From IMG/VR virus record IMGVR_UViG_3300045988_174992: a stretch of DNA of 64,000 nucleotides, one strand, 5' to 3'. The position numbers and the translations under genes are program-made. The notes beneath the pieces are model-generated. The model was not told the origin of the DNA. It ran no database searches and saw only the letters and a list, made by a program, of their open reading frames with translations. Positions 1 through 9,766 of this stretch are shown piece after piece. The stretch's first letter is position 1, and every line of letters begins with the position of its first letter. This stretch comes from a virus.

Positions 1-11
1 TTATATATTGA

Positions 12-698
12 CTAATCCCAATATCTTGTACTATAACCATCCCCAAGTTCACCAAAATCTTCTGGTCTAGTACCATCATAAAACATATAGTCATTTTCTT
101 CACTATCAATAATCTTCAAATCAGTTTCTGAAATTCCAAGCTTCTTTGCAATTTCATCAATAGTGAAGATACCATTTGCATGTCGTTCATCAGTTTCCTT
201 CTTCTTTTCCTTTGTATATTCAATGAACAAACTTCTATACTTAATAGCATCTTCATACTGAGTGAAGATTATTGCATTATCAAGATTGTCATTTTCTTCA
301 AACACAGGAAAATCATTCTCATCAGTCAAAGTAAAATCAGCAATACCATGCTTACCAATTACATAGGCCATATACTTTGCATCCTTAACGCGATACATAT
401 CCTTGAGGAATGGATAATAAATAGGAGTCATTCTATATCCATACTTTACCTTGCTTACAAATACAGGAATGATATTATCTGTAACAATTCTGTTATTCTT
501 AGCAGAAATGTTCACAACCCATAAGATATTGTACTTCTTCTGAAACAATACCTTTGTCTTGAATAGACCAGACAATGCATTATGAACAGTTTCTTCTTCA
601 GTACAATAGAGATCCATAATATATCTAGTATACTTACTCTTTTCCTTAAGAGTTGATAACTTGGCTAATGTACTTGATAATGTTGCTGTATATGTCAT
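12..698 (-). CDS. hypothetical protein (228 aa)
   Basis: Long ORF in minus-strand array; consensus promoter 727-756 directly upstream; no motif recognised. Confidence 0.6.
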   Translation of the reverse strand: MTYTATLSSTLAKLSTLKEKSKYTRYIMDLYCTEEETVHNALSGLFKTKVLFQKKYNILWVVNISAKNNRIVTDNIIPVFVSKVKYGYRMTPIYYPFLKDMYRVKDAKYMAYVIGKHGIADFTLTDENDFPVFEENDNLDNAIIFTQYEDAIKYRSLFIEYTKEKKKETDERHANGIFTIDEIAKKLGISETDLKIIDSEENDYMFYDGTRPEDFGELGDGYSTRYWD

Positions 699-726
699 AA
701 TCTTTATTTTAATATTTAACAGATAA

Positions 727-756
727 AATATAGAATAAAATTCTAAAATTTCAAAA
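727..756 (-). promoter_or_regulatory. phage consensus promoter (TTTGAAATTT-N12-TTCTATATT type)
   Basis: Minus-sense TTTTGAAATTTTAGAATTTTATTCTATATT upstream of 12-698. Confidence 0.6.
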
Positions 757-758
757 TT

Positions 759-1115
759 TTATTCATCTTCATTCCAAGAAATTTCTGTTGTATGATAATG
801 TTCTCTCTGCCCAGAATAAGGGTCCCATTCAGAATCAACTTCAACATTAAGATTCTTCATTACATCATTCTTAATTGTATCTTTTACATACTTTGCAACT
901 GCCTTTCCTAAGATATAAGAAGGATCATTCTTAATATTGAATTTGTCATTCTCAATAGTTTTATTCAATGATTCATTTCTTGCCTTCAAGTCAATTACTT
1001 CAGCTCTCAATCTTTCAATTTCTCGTTGCATATCAAGAACATCATTTGACAAAGAATCAACATAATTTTTCTTTATCATCTTTACCAATTCATCAAATCT
1101 ATAATCTCTTTTCAT
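759..1115 (-). CDS. hypothetical coiled-coil protein (118 aa)
   Basis: ORF with heptad-like charged segment (QREIERLRAEVIDLKARNESLNK); tightly packed with neighbours. Confidence 0.55.
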   Translation of the reverse strand: MKRDYRFDELVKMIKKNYVDSLSNDVLDMQREIERLRAEVIDLKARNESLNKTIENDKFNIKNDPSYILGKAVAKYVKDTIKNDVMKNLNVEVDSEWDPYSGQREHYHTTEISWNEDE

Positions 1116-1121
1116 CTTCTT

Positions 1122-1247
1122 TTAATATTTAGTTTCAATAACTACTAATCTTGGATCTATTTCTAAAGTTTTACCAATGATATCCTGTACTTCTTGTACA
1201 CTAAACACATAGTAATGTCCTTCTCTTCTTACTTTTGATATATCCAT
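1122..1247 (-). CDS. small hypothetical protein (41 aa)
   Basis: Own translation: MDISKVRREGHYYVFSVQEVQDIIGKTLEIDPRLVVIETKY; below the ORF-track cutoff; exactly fills the gap between 1115 and 1253. Confidence 0.35.
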   Translation of the reverse strand: MDISKVRREGHYYVFSVQEVQDIIGKTLEIDPRLVVIETKY

Positions 1248-1252
1248 ATATA

Positions 1253-1780
1253 TTATAGCTTAATACAAATGTTTTCTGCTAATAATTCAAATTTTTCTGC
1301 AAGAGCTTCTTTAGCTTGCTTTAATGTAAATTCAAACTTATTAGCTTTATTAGTTGTCTTCTTTTCTTCTTTCTGAACTGCTAAGGCCTTGTACTCTTCA
1401 TATCTGTATCTGTTTATATATTCGTAAGAAGTAGAAGCATGTACATTAACAGGTAGAACAAAGAAACCCATTGAATTTTCAAATTCATATTCCTTGAATT
1501 TTACTTCATAAGGAGCATAAGTATCTGCATTAGTAAGGTTTCTTAAATAATATTTATTGCCAACCTTTACAACTACATAAGGACAGATATGATTATGAGA
1601 TATTTCATTATTTTCTGTAAGTTGAATTTCTGTAACCCAAATAGTTTCCCGTATTGTATATAAAATATCCAATGTTTCACCATCAACCATATTCAGGTCA
1701 ATATATTCGGTTTCATTGTGATCATTGTAATCATTGAGGTTCATCATTGGAGCATCATTATAATCAATATTTGTATTCAT
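1253..1780 (-). CDS. hypothetical protein (175 aa)
   Basis: ORF preceded by consensus promoter 1815-1844; no motif recognised. Confidence 0.6.
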   Translation of the reverse strand: MNTNIDYNDAPMMNLNDYNDHNETEYIDLNMVDGETLDILYTIRETIWVTEIQLTENNEISHNHICPYVVVKVGNKYYLRNLTNADTYAPYEVKFKEYEFENSMGFFVLPVNVHASTSYEYINRYRYEEYKALAVQKEEKKTTNKANKFEFTLKQAKEALAEKFELLAENICIKL

Positions 1781-1814
1781 ATTTTTAATATTTTACTTAA
1801 TTATTTACGCTTAA

Positions 1815-1844
1815 AATATAGAATAAACAAAATAAATTTCAAAA
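1815..1844 (-). promoter_or_regulatory. phage consensus promoter
   Basis: Plus strand reads AATATAGAATAAACAAAATAAATTTCAAAA; divergent partner of 1863-1894. Confidence 0.6.
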
Positions 1845-1862
1845 TAAATTCAAATAAAATGT

Positions 1863-1894
1863 TTTGAAATTGCAATTATTTTGTTTCTATTTTA
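1863..1894 (+). promoter_or_regulatory. phage consensus promoter (plus orientation)
   Basis: TTTGAAATTGCAATTATTTTGTTTCTATTTT upstream of the Mre11-like gene. Confidence 0.5.
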
Positions 1895-1915
1895 ATTTAG
1901 TATAAACATTATTTT

Positions 1916-2941
1916 ATGGAAGAAAAGGATACTTTAGTGATAGGTGATTTCCATTTTGGAACAAAGACAAATTCTGTACAATGGCTTGAAGAAATGGAAA
2001 ACTATTTTGTGGAAATTGAAAGTTTGATAGAGGCAGCAAGTGTGCAGAAAGTAATTTTCTTAGGTGACTTGTTTGATGTAAGATATTCTATAAATACTTT
2101 GGTTGGCATCAAGGTGAAAGATATGGTTAGAGAAATGATAGAAAGAAACCCAGTAAAGAGTTTCAATTTTCTTGCCGGTAATCATGACTATTATTCTCCT
2201 AAGAAAGAAGATATGCATTACAACGCTTATGAAATGGTTTTTGGTTCTGAATTTATGAAAGAACATGACAATGTACACTTCTATACAGAAAGTCCATATC
2301 TTGATGAAGATGGTGACTTATATTTGCCTTGGTTTTTTACAGAAGATAAAGAATTGTTTGGGCAAACAGTAGAACATTTTAAAGGAGAATTAATAAAGAG
2401 AATATTCTGTCATTCTGATTTATGTACTTGGGATATAGATATGATAAAGAATATGAATGGAAATCCAGTATATAGTGGACACATTCATACACCTTGGACT
2501 GATGAAGAACATAAGTTATATAACCTTGGTGCAGCATTACCATTGAACTTCAATGATGTAAACGACAAGAGATATGTATATTTGCTACGAGGTACAGAAA
2601 TAGTACGTAAGTTTGAAAATGAAGAAACTTATCAGTTCTACAGATATTTTAACGAAGAAATATTCAATCTTACAAAATTTGACAATTGCTTTGTTCAACT
2701 ATACATTGATAAAGACTTAATCAATAAAGCCAAATATATCGAGAAAGTAAAAGAACTGAAACTTAATAATCCTGGAATATCTATAAGAGTAGTAGCAATA
2801 GATAAGACAATGATAAATGATGATGAAGTTGGAATTGATATGAACCAAGATATAAAGAAATATATTGACAGCAACATTCCAAAGAATCTATATAATAAGT
2901 ATGAAACAATTAAAGAAAAGATAGAAGAAAGAGGAAAATGA
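1916..2941 (+). CDS. Mre11/SbcD-like recombination nuclease (T4 gp47-like)
   Basis: Calcineurin-like phosphoesterase motifs GDFHFG, GDLFD, GNHD, GHIH; 4-nt overlap with the following Rad50-like gene. Confidence 0.8.
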   Translation: MEEKDTLVIGDFHFGTKTNSVQWLEEMENYFVEIESLIEAASVQKVIFLGDLFDVRYSINTLVGIKVKDMVREMIERNPVKSFNFLAGNHDYYSPKKEDMHYNAYEMVFGSEFMKEHDNVHFYTESPYLDEDGDLYLPWFFTEDKELFGQTVEHFKGELIKRIFCHSDLCTWDIDMIKNMNGNPVYSGHIHTPWTDEEHKLYNLGAALPLNFNDVNDKRYVYLLRGTEIVRKFENEETYQFYRYFNEEIFNLTKFDNCFVQLYIDKDLINKAKYIEKVKELKLNNPGISIRVVAIDKTMINDDEVGIDMNQDIKKYIDSNIPKNLYNKYETIKEKIEERGK

Positions 2942-4647
2942 AAATAAATAAGATTAAGATAACAAACTTCAAATCAATTTATGGTACTCAAGAATTTGAC
3001 TTTAATGAGTTGAATGGTATGATAAAGCTATCTGGACCTATTGGGAGTGGAAAAACCAGCCTGCTGGAAGCTATTCTGTTTGGTCTTTATGGTACTATAA
3101 AAGATCATAAGAATCCAAATTTGATTGCTTGGAATACTAAAGATTATAAAGTTGAATTATGGCTTACTTCTGGAAAGCATGATATTTATATTTCTAGATC
3201 TTGCTATTCTGAAATGGTAGCAAAAATAGATGGAAAGGATTTGCAAGCACCATCTAAGAATGATTATCAGAAAATTCTAGAAGAATATTATGATGTACCA
3301 AGAATTGCAATAGAAAGAATGTGCATCATATCATTCAACCAATTTATGTCATTAGCAAGCATGAACCCATTTCAGACAAAATGTTTTCTTGATGATGTAT
3401 TTGGGTTCAAGACTTTTACTACTTATAATGATGAAGTAGTGGAAGAAAAAAGAGATGTAGTAAAGAGGGGAACTGAATTGCAAGCATTGATACAAGAAAC
3501 TTCTAATCAGATAGAAGCTTTAAAAAAGAAGAAGGAAAATCAGCAACAGAAACTTGCCACATCAATAGATATAACAGGTTTAGACAAGCGAAGAAATGAT
3601 TTGATTGAACAAGGAAAATCTGTTAAGCAAGAACATAAGCAAAAAGTTGATACCATAGTAGAACAGAGAAGAGAATTAGAAAAAAAGAAATCTGAATTTG
3701 TCGATAAGAGAACCGAAGCGGCTACTTTAGGTAAGCAACAGAAACAAATGTATGAGAAATTCAAATCAGGCAAATGCCCTACATGTGGTCATGATATTGA
3801 GAAATCAAAAATAGATGAATATCTAAATAAGATGAATGATTATGCTAAAGTTTGGCATGATTGGAATGATAAGATAGAAGAAGTATCTAAAGAAATTCTA
3901 TCTATAAATGATAAGATAGATGTGGTAAACAAGAAATATGATACATTGATTTCTGATATCAAATCTGAAATTCACAATATTGATACTAAAGTATCAACTT
4001 ACAATTCTAATCTTAAGCTAATGAAAGACAATTTTGACAACTTGATATCAGAAGCTAAAGAGAAGTTAGAAAGGTTGCAACAAGAATCTTTAGATAATGA
4101 ATTAGAACAAGGTGAGTGGAATGATTTGTCAGAATTATTCACCAAGTCATTACGATACAAGTTGCTTGATTCTATGATACCACATATCAACAATTCAATA
4201 TCTAAGTATCTCAATAAGCTTGAACAAAACTATTCTGTCAAGTTTGACCAAGAATTCAAGTGTCATATATTCATAGACAATAATGAAAAAGAAATTTCAT
4301 ATAAAGACTTATCAACTGGACAGAAGAAGACTTTAGATATTTGTATCATTTTTGGAATTCTTCAGAATGTTATTGCAAATGTAAATTTTAATGTAATAGG
4401 ACTTGATGAACTTTTTTCTAACATGGATGACAACATGAAAGATATGATGTTGGAAATGCTTCAAACTTCCATGGCAAACAACAGAACTATCATAATTATA
4501 AATCATGGTCCTATGCCAGATGATAGGTTTGACCACAAGATAAGAGTAAGTGTAAAGAATAAGAAAATCAATAAAGAAAACATTAAGAAAAGCTTATGTT
4601 CAGGTCAAGTAATAGTACATGCATCTGAATATGAACAAATCTTTTAA
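2938..4647 (+). CDS. Rad50/SbcC-like ATPase (T4 gp46-like)
   Basis: Walker A GPIGSGKTS; long coiled coil with CPTCGH zinc hook; ABC signature LSTGQKK; Walker B IGLDELF. Confidence 0.85.
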   Translation: MKINKIKITNFKSIYGTQEFDFNELNGMIKLSGPIGSGKTSLLEAILFGLYGTIKDHKNPNLIAWNTKDYKVELWLTSGKHDIYISRSCYSEMVAKIDGKDLQAPSKNDYQKILEEYYDVPRIAIERMCIISFNQFMSLASMNPFQTKCFLDDVFGFKTFTTYNDEVVEEKRDVVKRGTELQALIQETSNQIEALKKKKENQQQKLATSIDITGLDKRRNDLIEQGKSVKQEHKQKVDTIVEQRRELEKKKSEFVDKRTEAATLGKQQKQMYEKFKSGKCPTCGHDIEKSKIDEYLNKMNDYAKVWHDWNDKIEEVSKEILSINDKIDVVNKKYDTLISDIKSEIHNIDTKVSTYNSNLKLMKDNFDNLISEAKEKLERLQQESLDNELEQGEWNDLSELFTKSLRYKLLDSMIPHINNSISKYLNKLEQNYSVKFDQEFKCHIFIDNNEKEISYKDLSTGQKKTLDICIIFGILQNVIANVNFNVIGLDELFSNMDDNMKDMMLEMLQTSMANNRTIIIINHGPMPDDRFDHKIRVSVKNKKINKENIKKSLCSGQVIVHASEYEQIF

Positions 4648-4707
4648 CTAAAACAAATAACTTTATTTTTTAAGTGAGGAAATAAAAATCAAATTTGATT
4701 AATAAAT

Positions 4708-5847
4708 ATGGCAATACGTAGAAAGCAAACACAAGAAGAAACAGAACAAACATTAGCTTCTCAAATTGGAGATCTTGGTAATGATTTGAATATGGAAGCA
4801 GATGGAGGAGTACAGCAAGAAGTATATGATGATGTAGCTGAAGAAGCTCCTTCTACCAATATGGCTAGTCAAATGATAGGAAAGAAGCTGAACAGACTTC
4901 CTGGAGCTATGTCAAATGAAGAGAGAGAACGTGATAAAGAATTCATCAAATCACAGAATCTTTCAAGAATTGGCCAGAAAATTGGAGAAACAACAAGAGT
5001 TCGTGAAGGATGGCTCCCAGTAGATAGAGCATTGTTAGGTGAACGTGATATTTTCTATCCATCAGATTGGTCATTCTATATTCGTCCAGCAACAGTAGAA
5101 GCTATTCGTAACTGGTCTATGATTGATGATCAGAATGGTAATTCTATTGATGAGGTATTTAATGAAGTATTGAAGACTTGTTTGCAGATTAAGGATAGTA
5201 CAGATCGCCCTATTCCTTGGCACAACATCTGCTCTTGGGACAGATTCTTCTTCTTACTTCTTATAAGAGAATATACATTCCAGGATGGTGAGTCAAATAT
5301 TTCATATTATGAGGATTGTCCAGAATGTGAAACTCCGGTAGAATTCAATTTGACTTCTAATGCATTGATGTATGATATGCCAGACGAAGAAGTAATTTCT
5401 TATTACGATCAGACTTCTCGTACTTGGGCAATTGATCCATCAGAATATGAAGTAGAAGGTGACCCTATTACTTTATATGTACCAACTTTGGAAAAAGATG
5501 CAAACATCAAAGCTTGGATGATCCGTAAGCTTCAAGAAAACAGAAATACAAAGATAGATCCTGTATTTATTCGTTTTGTTTCTTGGATGACACCTAAAAT
5601 TTCTAAGGATGATGAAATCAGTAAGAGACAAATGAAACAGCTTAAGATGGCATTTGATTCTCTTTCTATTGACCAGTTTGAATTTATGGATGAAGTTCTT
5701 AAGAACATTATTGTTACTCCTAAGACTAAATTGATTGCTAAATGTCCAAGTTGTGGAGAGGAGGTAACTTCAGATATAAGATTTCCCAATGGAGTCAGCG
5801 GTTTATTCCATATACAAAGTAAGCGTCGTAAATTCGGTAAGAAATAG
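4708..5847 (+). CDS. hypothetical zinc-ribbon protein (379 aa)
   Basis: Two CxxC pairs (CPECETP, CPSCGEE); lies between the nuclease genes and the head genes. Confidence 0.6.
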   Translation: MAIRRKQTQEETEQTLASQIGDLGNDLNMEADGGVQQEVYDDVAEEAPSTNMASQMIGKKLNRLPGAMSNEERERDKEFIKSQNLSRIGQKIGETTRVREGWLPVDRALLGERDIFYPSDWSFYIRPATVEAIRNWSMIDDQNGNSIDEVFNEVLKTCLQIKDSTDRPIPWHNICSWDRFFFLLLIREYTFQDGESNISYYEDCPECETPVEFNLTSNALMYDMPDEEVISYYDQTSRTWAIDPSEYEVEGDPITLYVPTLEKDANIKAWMIRKLQENRNTKIDPVFIRFVSWMTPKISKDDEISKRQMKQLKMAFDSLSIDQFEFMDEVLKNIIVTPKTKLIAKCPSCGEEVTSDIRFPNGVSGLFHIQSKRRKFGKK

Positions 5848-5896
5848 TTTATTTATTTGTAGAGAATATCACATACAACCTAGTGAGATACTTAGA

Positions 5897-6070
5897 ATGC
5901 CTTATTGGATATATGAAGAGTATCTTGCTAACATAAAAGATATTCAAAAGAAAGAAGAAAAAGAACAGAAAGATCAGGATAAGAGATATAATAGCATGAT
6001 GCCTAAGATGCCTAGCATGCCTAAGATGTCAACACCAGCTATGCCTAAAATTTCTATTCCTAAATTCTAA
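5897..6070 (+). CDS. small hypothetical protein with MPK-rich C-terminus
   Basis: Track ORF 5789-6070 overlaps the upstream gene by 59 nt in the +1 frame; first non-overlapping ATG is 5897; C-terminus MMPKMPSMPKMSTPAMPKISIPKF; terminator follows. Confidence 0.4.
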   Translation: MPYWIYEEYLANIKDIQKKEEKEQKDQDKRYNSMMPKMPSMPKMSTPAMPKISIPKF

Positions 6071-6072
6071 AC

Positions 6073-6102
6073 AAAAGGACAGTACAACTACTGTCCTTTT
6101 TT
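6073..6102 (+). terminator. rho-independent terminator
   Basis: GGACAGTA-CAAC-TACTGTCC followed by TTTTTT. Confidence 0.75.
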
Positions 6103-6225
6103 ATTTTTATCTATTATTAATTAAACGTAATTTGATAGAGGCTTTTTACTTACTTCTGTTATTTTTAAAAAGTAACATTAACCTAATTTAATATATAGGT
6201 CAAAATTTATCCTATCAAATACGAA

Positions 6226-7803
6226 ATGGCAAAGAAATGTCTAGTATATGAGACACTTGGCAACATAACTGCAATGAAGGTTAAGGAGTCTCTTGACAAT
6301 AATGAAATTCGCCTTTCTGGTGTATTCGGTGTTTGTGGTATTAAGAATGGCAATAATCGAATCTACAGTAAAGAGAATTACGGCCGGATGGTAGAAAGTT
6401 TGCAAAAGACAATAGCAACAGAAGGTTGTCTTGGTGAACTTGAACATCCAAATTCAATGAATATTAATCTAAATAATGTTTCACACAAAATTGAAAGTGT
6501 TCAAATGCATGAAGATGGTACCATAACAGGTACTGTTGTATTGCTTGATACCGAGAAGGGTCGTAATGCTAAGGCTATTGTAGAAGCTGGTGTACCTTTG
6601 TATATCAGTTCTCGTGCACTTGGTTCTATCGATGAATCTGGTAATGTAACACTTACCATGCTTAAGACTTATGACTTAGTTGGTACACCTGGTTTCTCAC
6701 AAGCAAGTTTACACCTAGATGAAAATCAGAAGTTTGAATCATTAAATGAATCTATGTGTGCAGTAATTCTTGAAGGTGAAGATGACAACGATGATGATTC
6801 AAATAAAGACAAAGATAAAGACAAAGATAAAACAAATATGAAAGACTTGAAAGAAGCAGTTGATAAGCTTAGTGAAAAGGTAGAAAGCCTCGAGGCTGAA
6901 CTCCATGTAGCTAAGGAATCTATCAATGAAAAGGATGAGCAAATCCAAGCTCTTACTGAACAAGTTTCTGAATTCAAGCCTACTAACTATGATGCTATTG
7001 AATCTTGGATTAAGGAAGAATTCAAGCCTGAATTCAGCCAAGAAATGGCAAATGGTGTACAGAAATGGGTAAGTGAAGAGTTTGCTCCAGTTGTTCAGAA
7101 TTGGGTATGTGAACAGTTTGCTCCTGAAGTACAGAAGTGGGTAGTAGAGCAGTATTCACCAGAAGTTCAGAAATGGATAGTGGAGAATTATTCACCAGAA
7201 GTTCAGAAGTGGGTAGTAGAGCAGTATTCACCTGAAGTACAAAAGTGGATTGTTGAAAATTACTCTGATGAATTACAGAAGTGGATTGTAGAGCAGTACT
7301 CTCCTGAAGTTCAGAATTGGATTGTTGAAAATTACTCTGATGAATTACAGAATTGGATTACCGAGCAATTCGGTAAGGAATTGACTAACAAGATTAATGA
7401 GAATGTTTCTGAATATCTCGAATCTAAGTCTAATGACAAGTTCGAGAATATTGATAGAATGCTTGAGATGCTTGAAAGTGGTCAAGGTTCTAAGGAAAAT
7501 GAGATTCAGATGTTGAAGGAACAGCAAGAGAAGAATCTTGGTAAGTATGCAAATTGCTATGCTATTGTAAACATGCCAAATGAGTATCGCCCAATGTTTG
7601 AAGGTTTGAGTGAGCAAAAGAAGGATGAGATAGCTCTACAGTCTCGTGCTTATGACTTTACTAAGACTGGTGTAATGGAAAGCTTCTGGGCTGGTATTGA
7701 CTTCAATGAGAAGCCTGTACAGAATATCAATGAAAACCATAATCAAAATCCAGTAGATAACTATATGGCTAGTATCGCTGCTCAGATGATGGCTTTACGT
7801 TAA
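6226..7803 (+). CDS. prohead protease fused to scaffold-like repeat domain (T4 gp21/gp22-like)
   Basis: N-terminal ~170 aa resemble gp21-type prohead protease (GELEHP, ISSRALGS regions). An acidic KDKDKD linker, a coiled coil and 9 x 12-aa repeats follow. Directly upstream of the capsid gene. Confidence 0.7.
   Translation: MAKKCLVYETLGNITAMKVKESLDNNEIRLSGVFGVCGIKNGNNRIYSKENYGRMVESLQKTIATEGCLGELEHPNSMNINLNNVSHKIESVQMHEDGTITGTVVLLDTEKGRNAKAIVEAGVPLYISSRALGSIDESGNVTLTMLKTYDLVGTPGFSQASLHLDENQKFESLNESMCAVILEGEDDNDDDSNKDKDKDKDKTNMKDLKEAVDKLSEKVESLEAELHVAKESINEKDEQIQALTEQVSEFKPTNYDAIESWIKEEFKPEFSQEMANGVQKWVSEEFAPVVQNWVCEQFAPEVQKWVVEQYSPEVQKWIVENYSPEVQKWVVEQYSPEVQKWIVENYSDELQKWIVEQYSPEVQNWIVENYSDELQNWITEQFGKELTNKINENVSEYLESKSNDKFENIDRMLEMLESGQGSKENEIQMLKEQQEKNLGKYANCYAIVNMPNEYRPMFEGLSEQKKDEIALQSRAYDFTKTGVMESFWAGIDFNEKPVQNINENHNQNPVDNYMASIAAQMMALR
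7057..7380 (+). repeat. nine in-frame 36-nt tandem repeats inside the protease/scaffold gene
   Basis: Encodes VQKW(I/V)VE(Q/N)YSPE-type 12-mers x 9. Confidence 0.9.
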
Positions 7804-7889
7804 ATGTCTAAAAAGTGGAGGAACAATTTATTTTTACTAAATTCTAAAAGAAAAAGAATTATAACAAAATCATATTTCTAGTAATAAAC

Positions 7890-9710
7890 ATGTTGATTAC
7901 AGAAAATCAGAACAAAGCAATGTGGACTAAGATGCTTACTGAGCAGTTCCATGTTGAAGATAATGAAAAGTTGAATTGGGTATCTGATTATGCCCAAACA
8001 CATGCAATGTTTGAAGCTAACCTTGGTGCTCATGCAGTAGCAACACCAACAGGTGTTCAGCCTGTAACAGTTCCAGCTGGTGCTCCTGGTGGTGGTCCTG
8101 GTGTTGGCCCTATGTATGCTACTCCAGCTAATACTCTTGGTATGGGTAACATTGCTGCTCCTAGTGGTCCTCACGGTGCTGATGGTCGTGGTAGCTCTAC
8201 AGCTGGTATCAATCCTGGTGCATTCTTCAATCAGACTCCTGGTAGTGGTGATATTCCAGTTTCTACACTTCCTATGGCTTTGAACGTAGCTTTGATGACT
8301 ATTGGTCTTGAGCTTGTTCCAACTATTCCTACTAAGGGTCCTTGGGCTCTCTTGAGTTATATGGACTTCCCTTATGCTGGTGGTAAGATGGGTCGTAGAA
8401 ATGAAATTGCTCATCTTGATGGTGTTGGTGAAGGTCGTGAGAACAAGCCAATGTACTTCAAGGTATTGCTCCCTGGTACTGCAATTGCTAAGCTCCGTAA
8501 AGTTGAGAAGCTTGTTGAAGATGCTCAGGTAGAATTCACAACAGCTGCTGGTACTGTAAGAGGTATTTTCAAGGGCTTCGGTCGTATGGATGGTGGTCTT
8601 CTTGTACAGGTTATCGATTCAAAAAATGCCGCTGCAGATAAGGATATCTCAATTAATGAGGCATTCTCTGGCGCCGATGGTCTTACCGCATTAAAGGTAG
8701 CAGGTGAGGATGTTATTGCTAAACTTGACGGAGATGGTGAAAAACTAGCTAAGCCAGATTTCGCTCAGACAATGGTTGACTTCATCGATGGTTTCGCTAA
8801 CTTCGCTACTGGTAAGAAGGAACCTATGACACGTGCTGAGAATGAAACTGGTACTGGTAACACTATCGGTCTTCGTCTATTCTCTAAGTGGATTACAGTA
8901 GGTAGTTATGAAGTAACAGGTGCCGTAACTCGTCAGCAACTTCAGGATCTTCCATTGTACGGTGTTAATGCTGTTTCTAAGATTATGGAAGCAATGCAGA
9001 ACGAAATCACCCAGTCTATCAACGCTCGTATTCTTGAGCATGTATTCCGACTTGGTGTTACTAACGCATTGAATTTGAAGAACTATCAAGGTGTTGACTT
9101 GAACCTCTACATGGGTACAGCTGATAAGGACTTCGCTCAGCTTCCTATGAATATCAAGGAGTACAAAGATATCTTCGGTACCGATCTTCGTGCTACTTGG
9201 GGTAATGTCAAGAATTCAGAAGTAAACACTTCTGCTGAGAATCTTCACACTCGTCAACGTCGTATTGCTTCTCGTGTACTTGCAGCATCTAATCTCATCC
9301 AGGTAACTAACAGACGTGGTCCAGCTACTTGGGTTGTTACAAATACTCAGATTGTTACAGCACTTCAAGATTGCGCTCAGTATGTAGTTGCTCCAATGCA
9401 GAATACATTTACACAGTCTGTAACTGCTAACCTCTACAAAGCTGGTACACTTGCAGGTCTTCAGGTTTATGTAGATCCTTACATGGATTGGGATGATACT
9501 CGTATTTGTGTTGGTCGTAAGGGTTCTGGTAACGAACCAGGTGTAGTATTCATGCCTTATATCCTTGCAGACCAAATGCAGCTCATCGCTGAAGGTACAA
9601 TGGCACCTAAGATGCTCGTAAATAGCCGTTACGCTATTGCTGATATCGGTTTCTTCCCAGAAAAAAGTTATTACACTTTCACTGTTTCTTCAGAATTCGG
9701 TTTGCTCTAA
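7890..9710 (+). CDS. major capsid protein, T4 gp23-like
   Basis: 606 aa; blocks resembling gp23 (ATWVVTNTQIVTALQD, LQVYVDPYM, VVFMPYIL); Gly/Pro-rich N-terminal propeptide; strong terminator downstream. Confidence 0.85.
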   Translation: MLITENQNKAMWTKMLTEQFHVEDNEKLNWVSDYAQTHAMFEANLGAHAVATPTGVQPVTVPAGAPGGGPGVGPMYATPANTLGMGNIAAPSGPHGADGRGSSTAGINPGAFFNQTPGSGDIPVSTLPMALNVALMTIGLELVPTIPTKGPWALLSYMDFPYAGGKMGRRNEIAHLDGVGEGRENKPMYFKVLLPGTAIAKLRKVEKLVEDAQVEFTTAAGTVRGIFKGFGRMDGGLLVQVIDSKNAAADKDISINEAFSGADGLTALKVAGEDVIAKLDGDGEKLAKPDFAQTMVDFIDGFANFATGKKEPMTRAENETGTGNTIGLRLFSKWITVGSYEVTGAVTRQQLQDLPLYGVNAVSKIMEAMQNEITQSINARILEHVFRLGVTNALNLKNYQGVDLNLYMGTADKDFAQLPMNIKEYKDIFGTDLRATWGNVKNSEVNTSAENLHTRQRRIASRVLAASNLIQVTNRRGPATWVVTNTQIVTALQDCAQYVVAPMQNTFTQSVTANLYKAGTLAGLQVYVDPYMDWDDTRICVGRKGSGNEPGVVFMPYILADQMQLIAEGTMAPKMLVNSRYAIADIGFFPEKSYYTFTVSSEFGLL

Positions 9711-9733
9711 TAGTAAAAATGTAATAAACATAG

Positions 9734-9766
9734 AAAAAAGAGATTCCTTAAGGAATCTCTTTTTTT
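9734..9766 (+). terminator. rho-independent terminator after the capsid gene
   Basis: AGAGATTCC-TTAA-GGAATCTCT followed by TTTTTT. Confidence 0.8.

Noticed and set aside
5789-5847. Programmed -1 frameshift of the tail-chaperone (G/GT) type at the 4708/5789 overlap
   Set aside because: The downstream ORF is in the +1 frame, not -1. No slippery heptamer is visible in the overlap, and the genes sit before the head genes, not before a tape-measure gene.
7057-7380. Regular 36-nt repeats that could be mistaken for a CRISPR array or satellite
   Set aside because: The repeats are contiguous with no spacers, in frame, and encode a coherent 12-residue protein repeat within a long ORF.
7878-8414. 178-aa minus-strand ORF, with plus-strand ORF 8080-8283, lying inside the capsid gene
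   Set aside because: They lie entirely within the gp23-like CDS and have low-complexity T/R/S or L/V-rich translations, so they are shadow ORFs. The same holds for other antisense or overlapping track ORFs, for example 180-524, 2060-2278, 3540-3773, 6726-7231, 9216-9575, 15748-16116, 20695-21007, 26337-26579, 29257-29553, 38880-39221, 54897-55223, 58341-58784 and 59036-60045.
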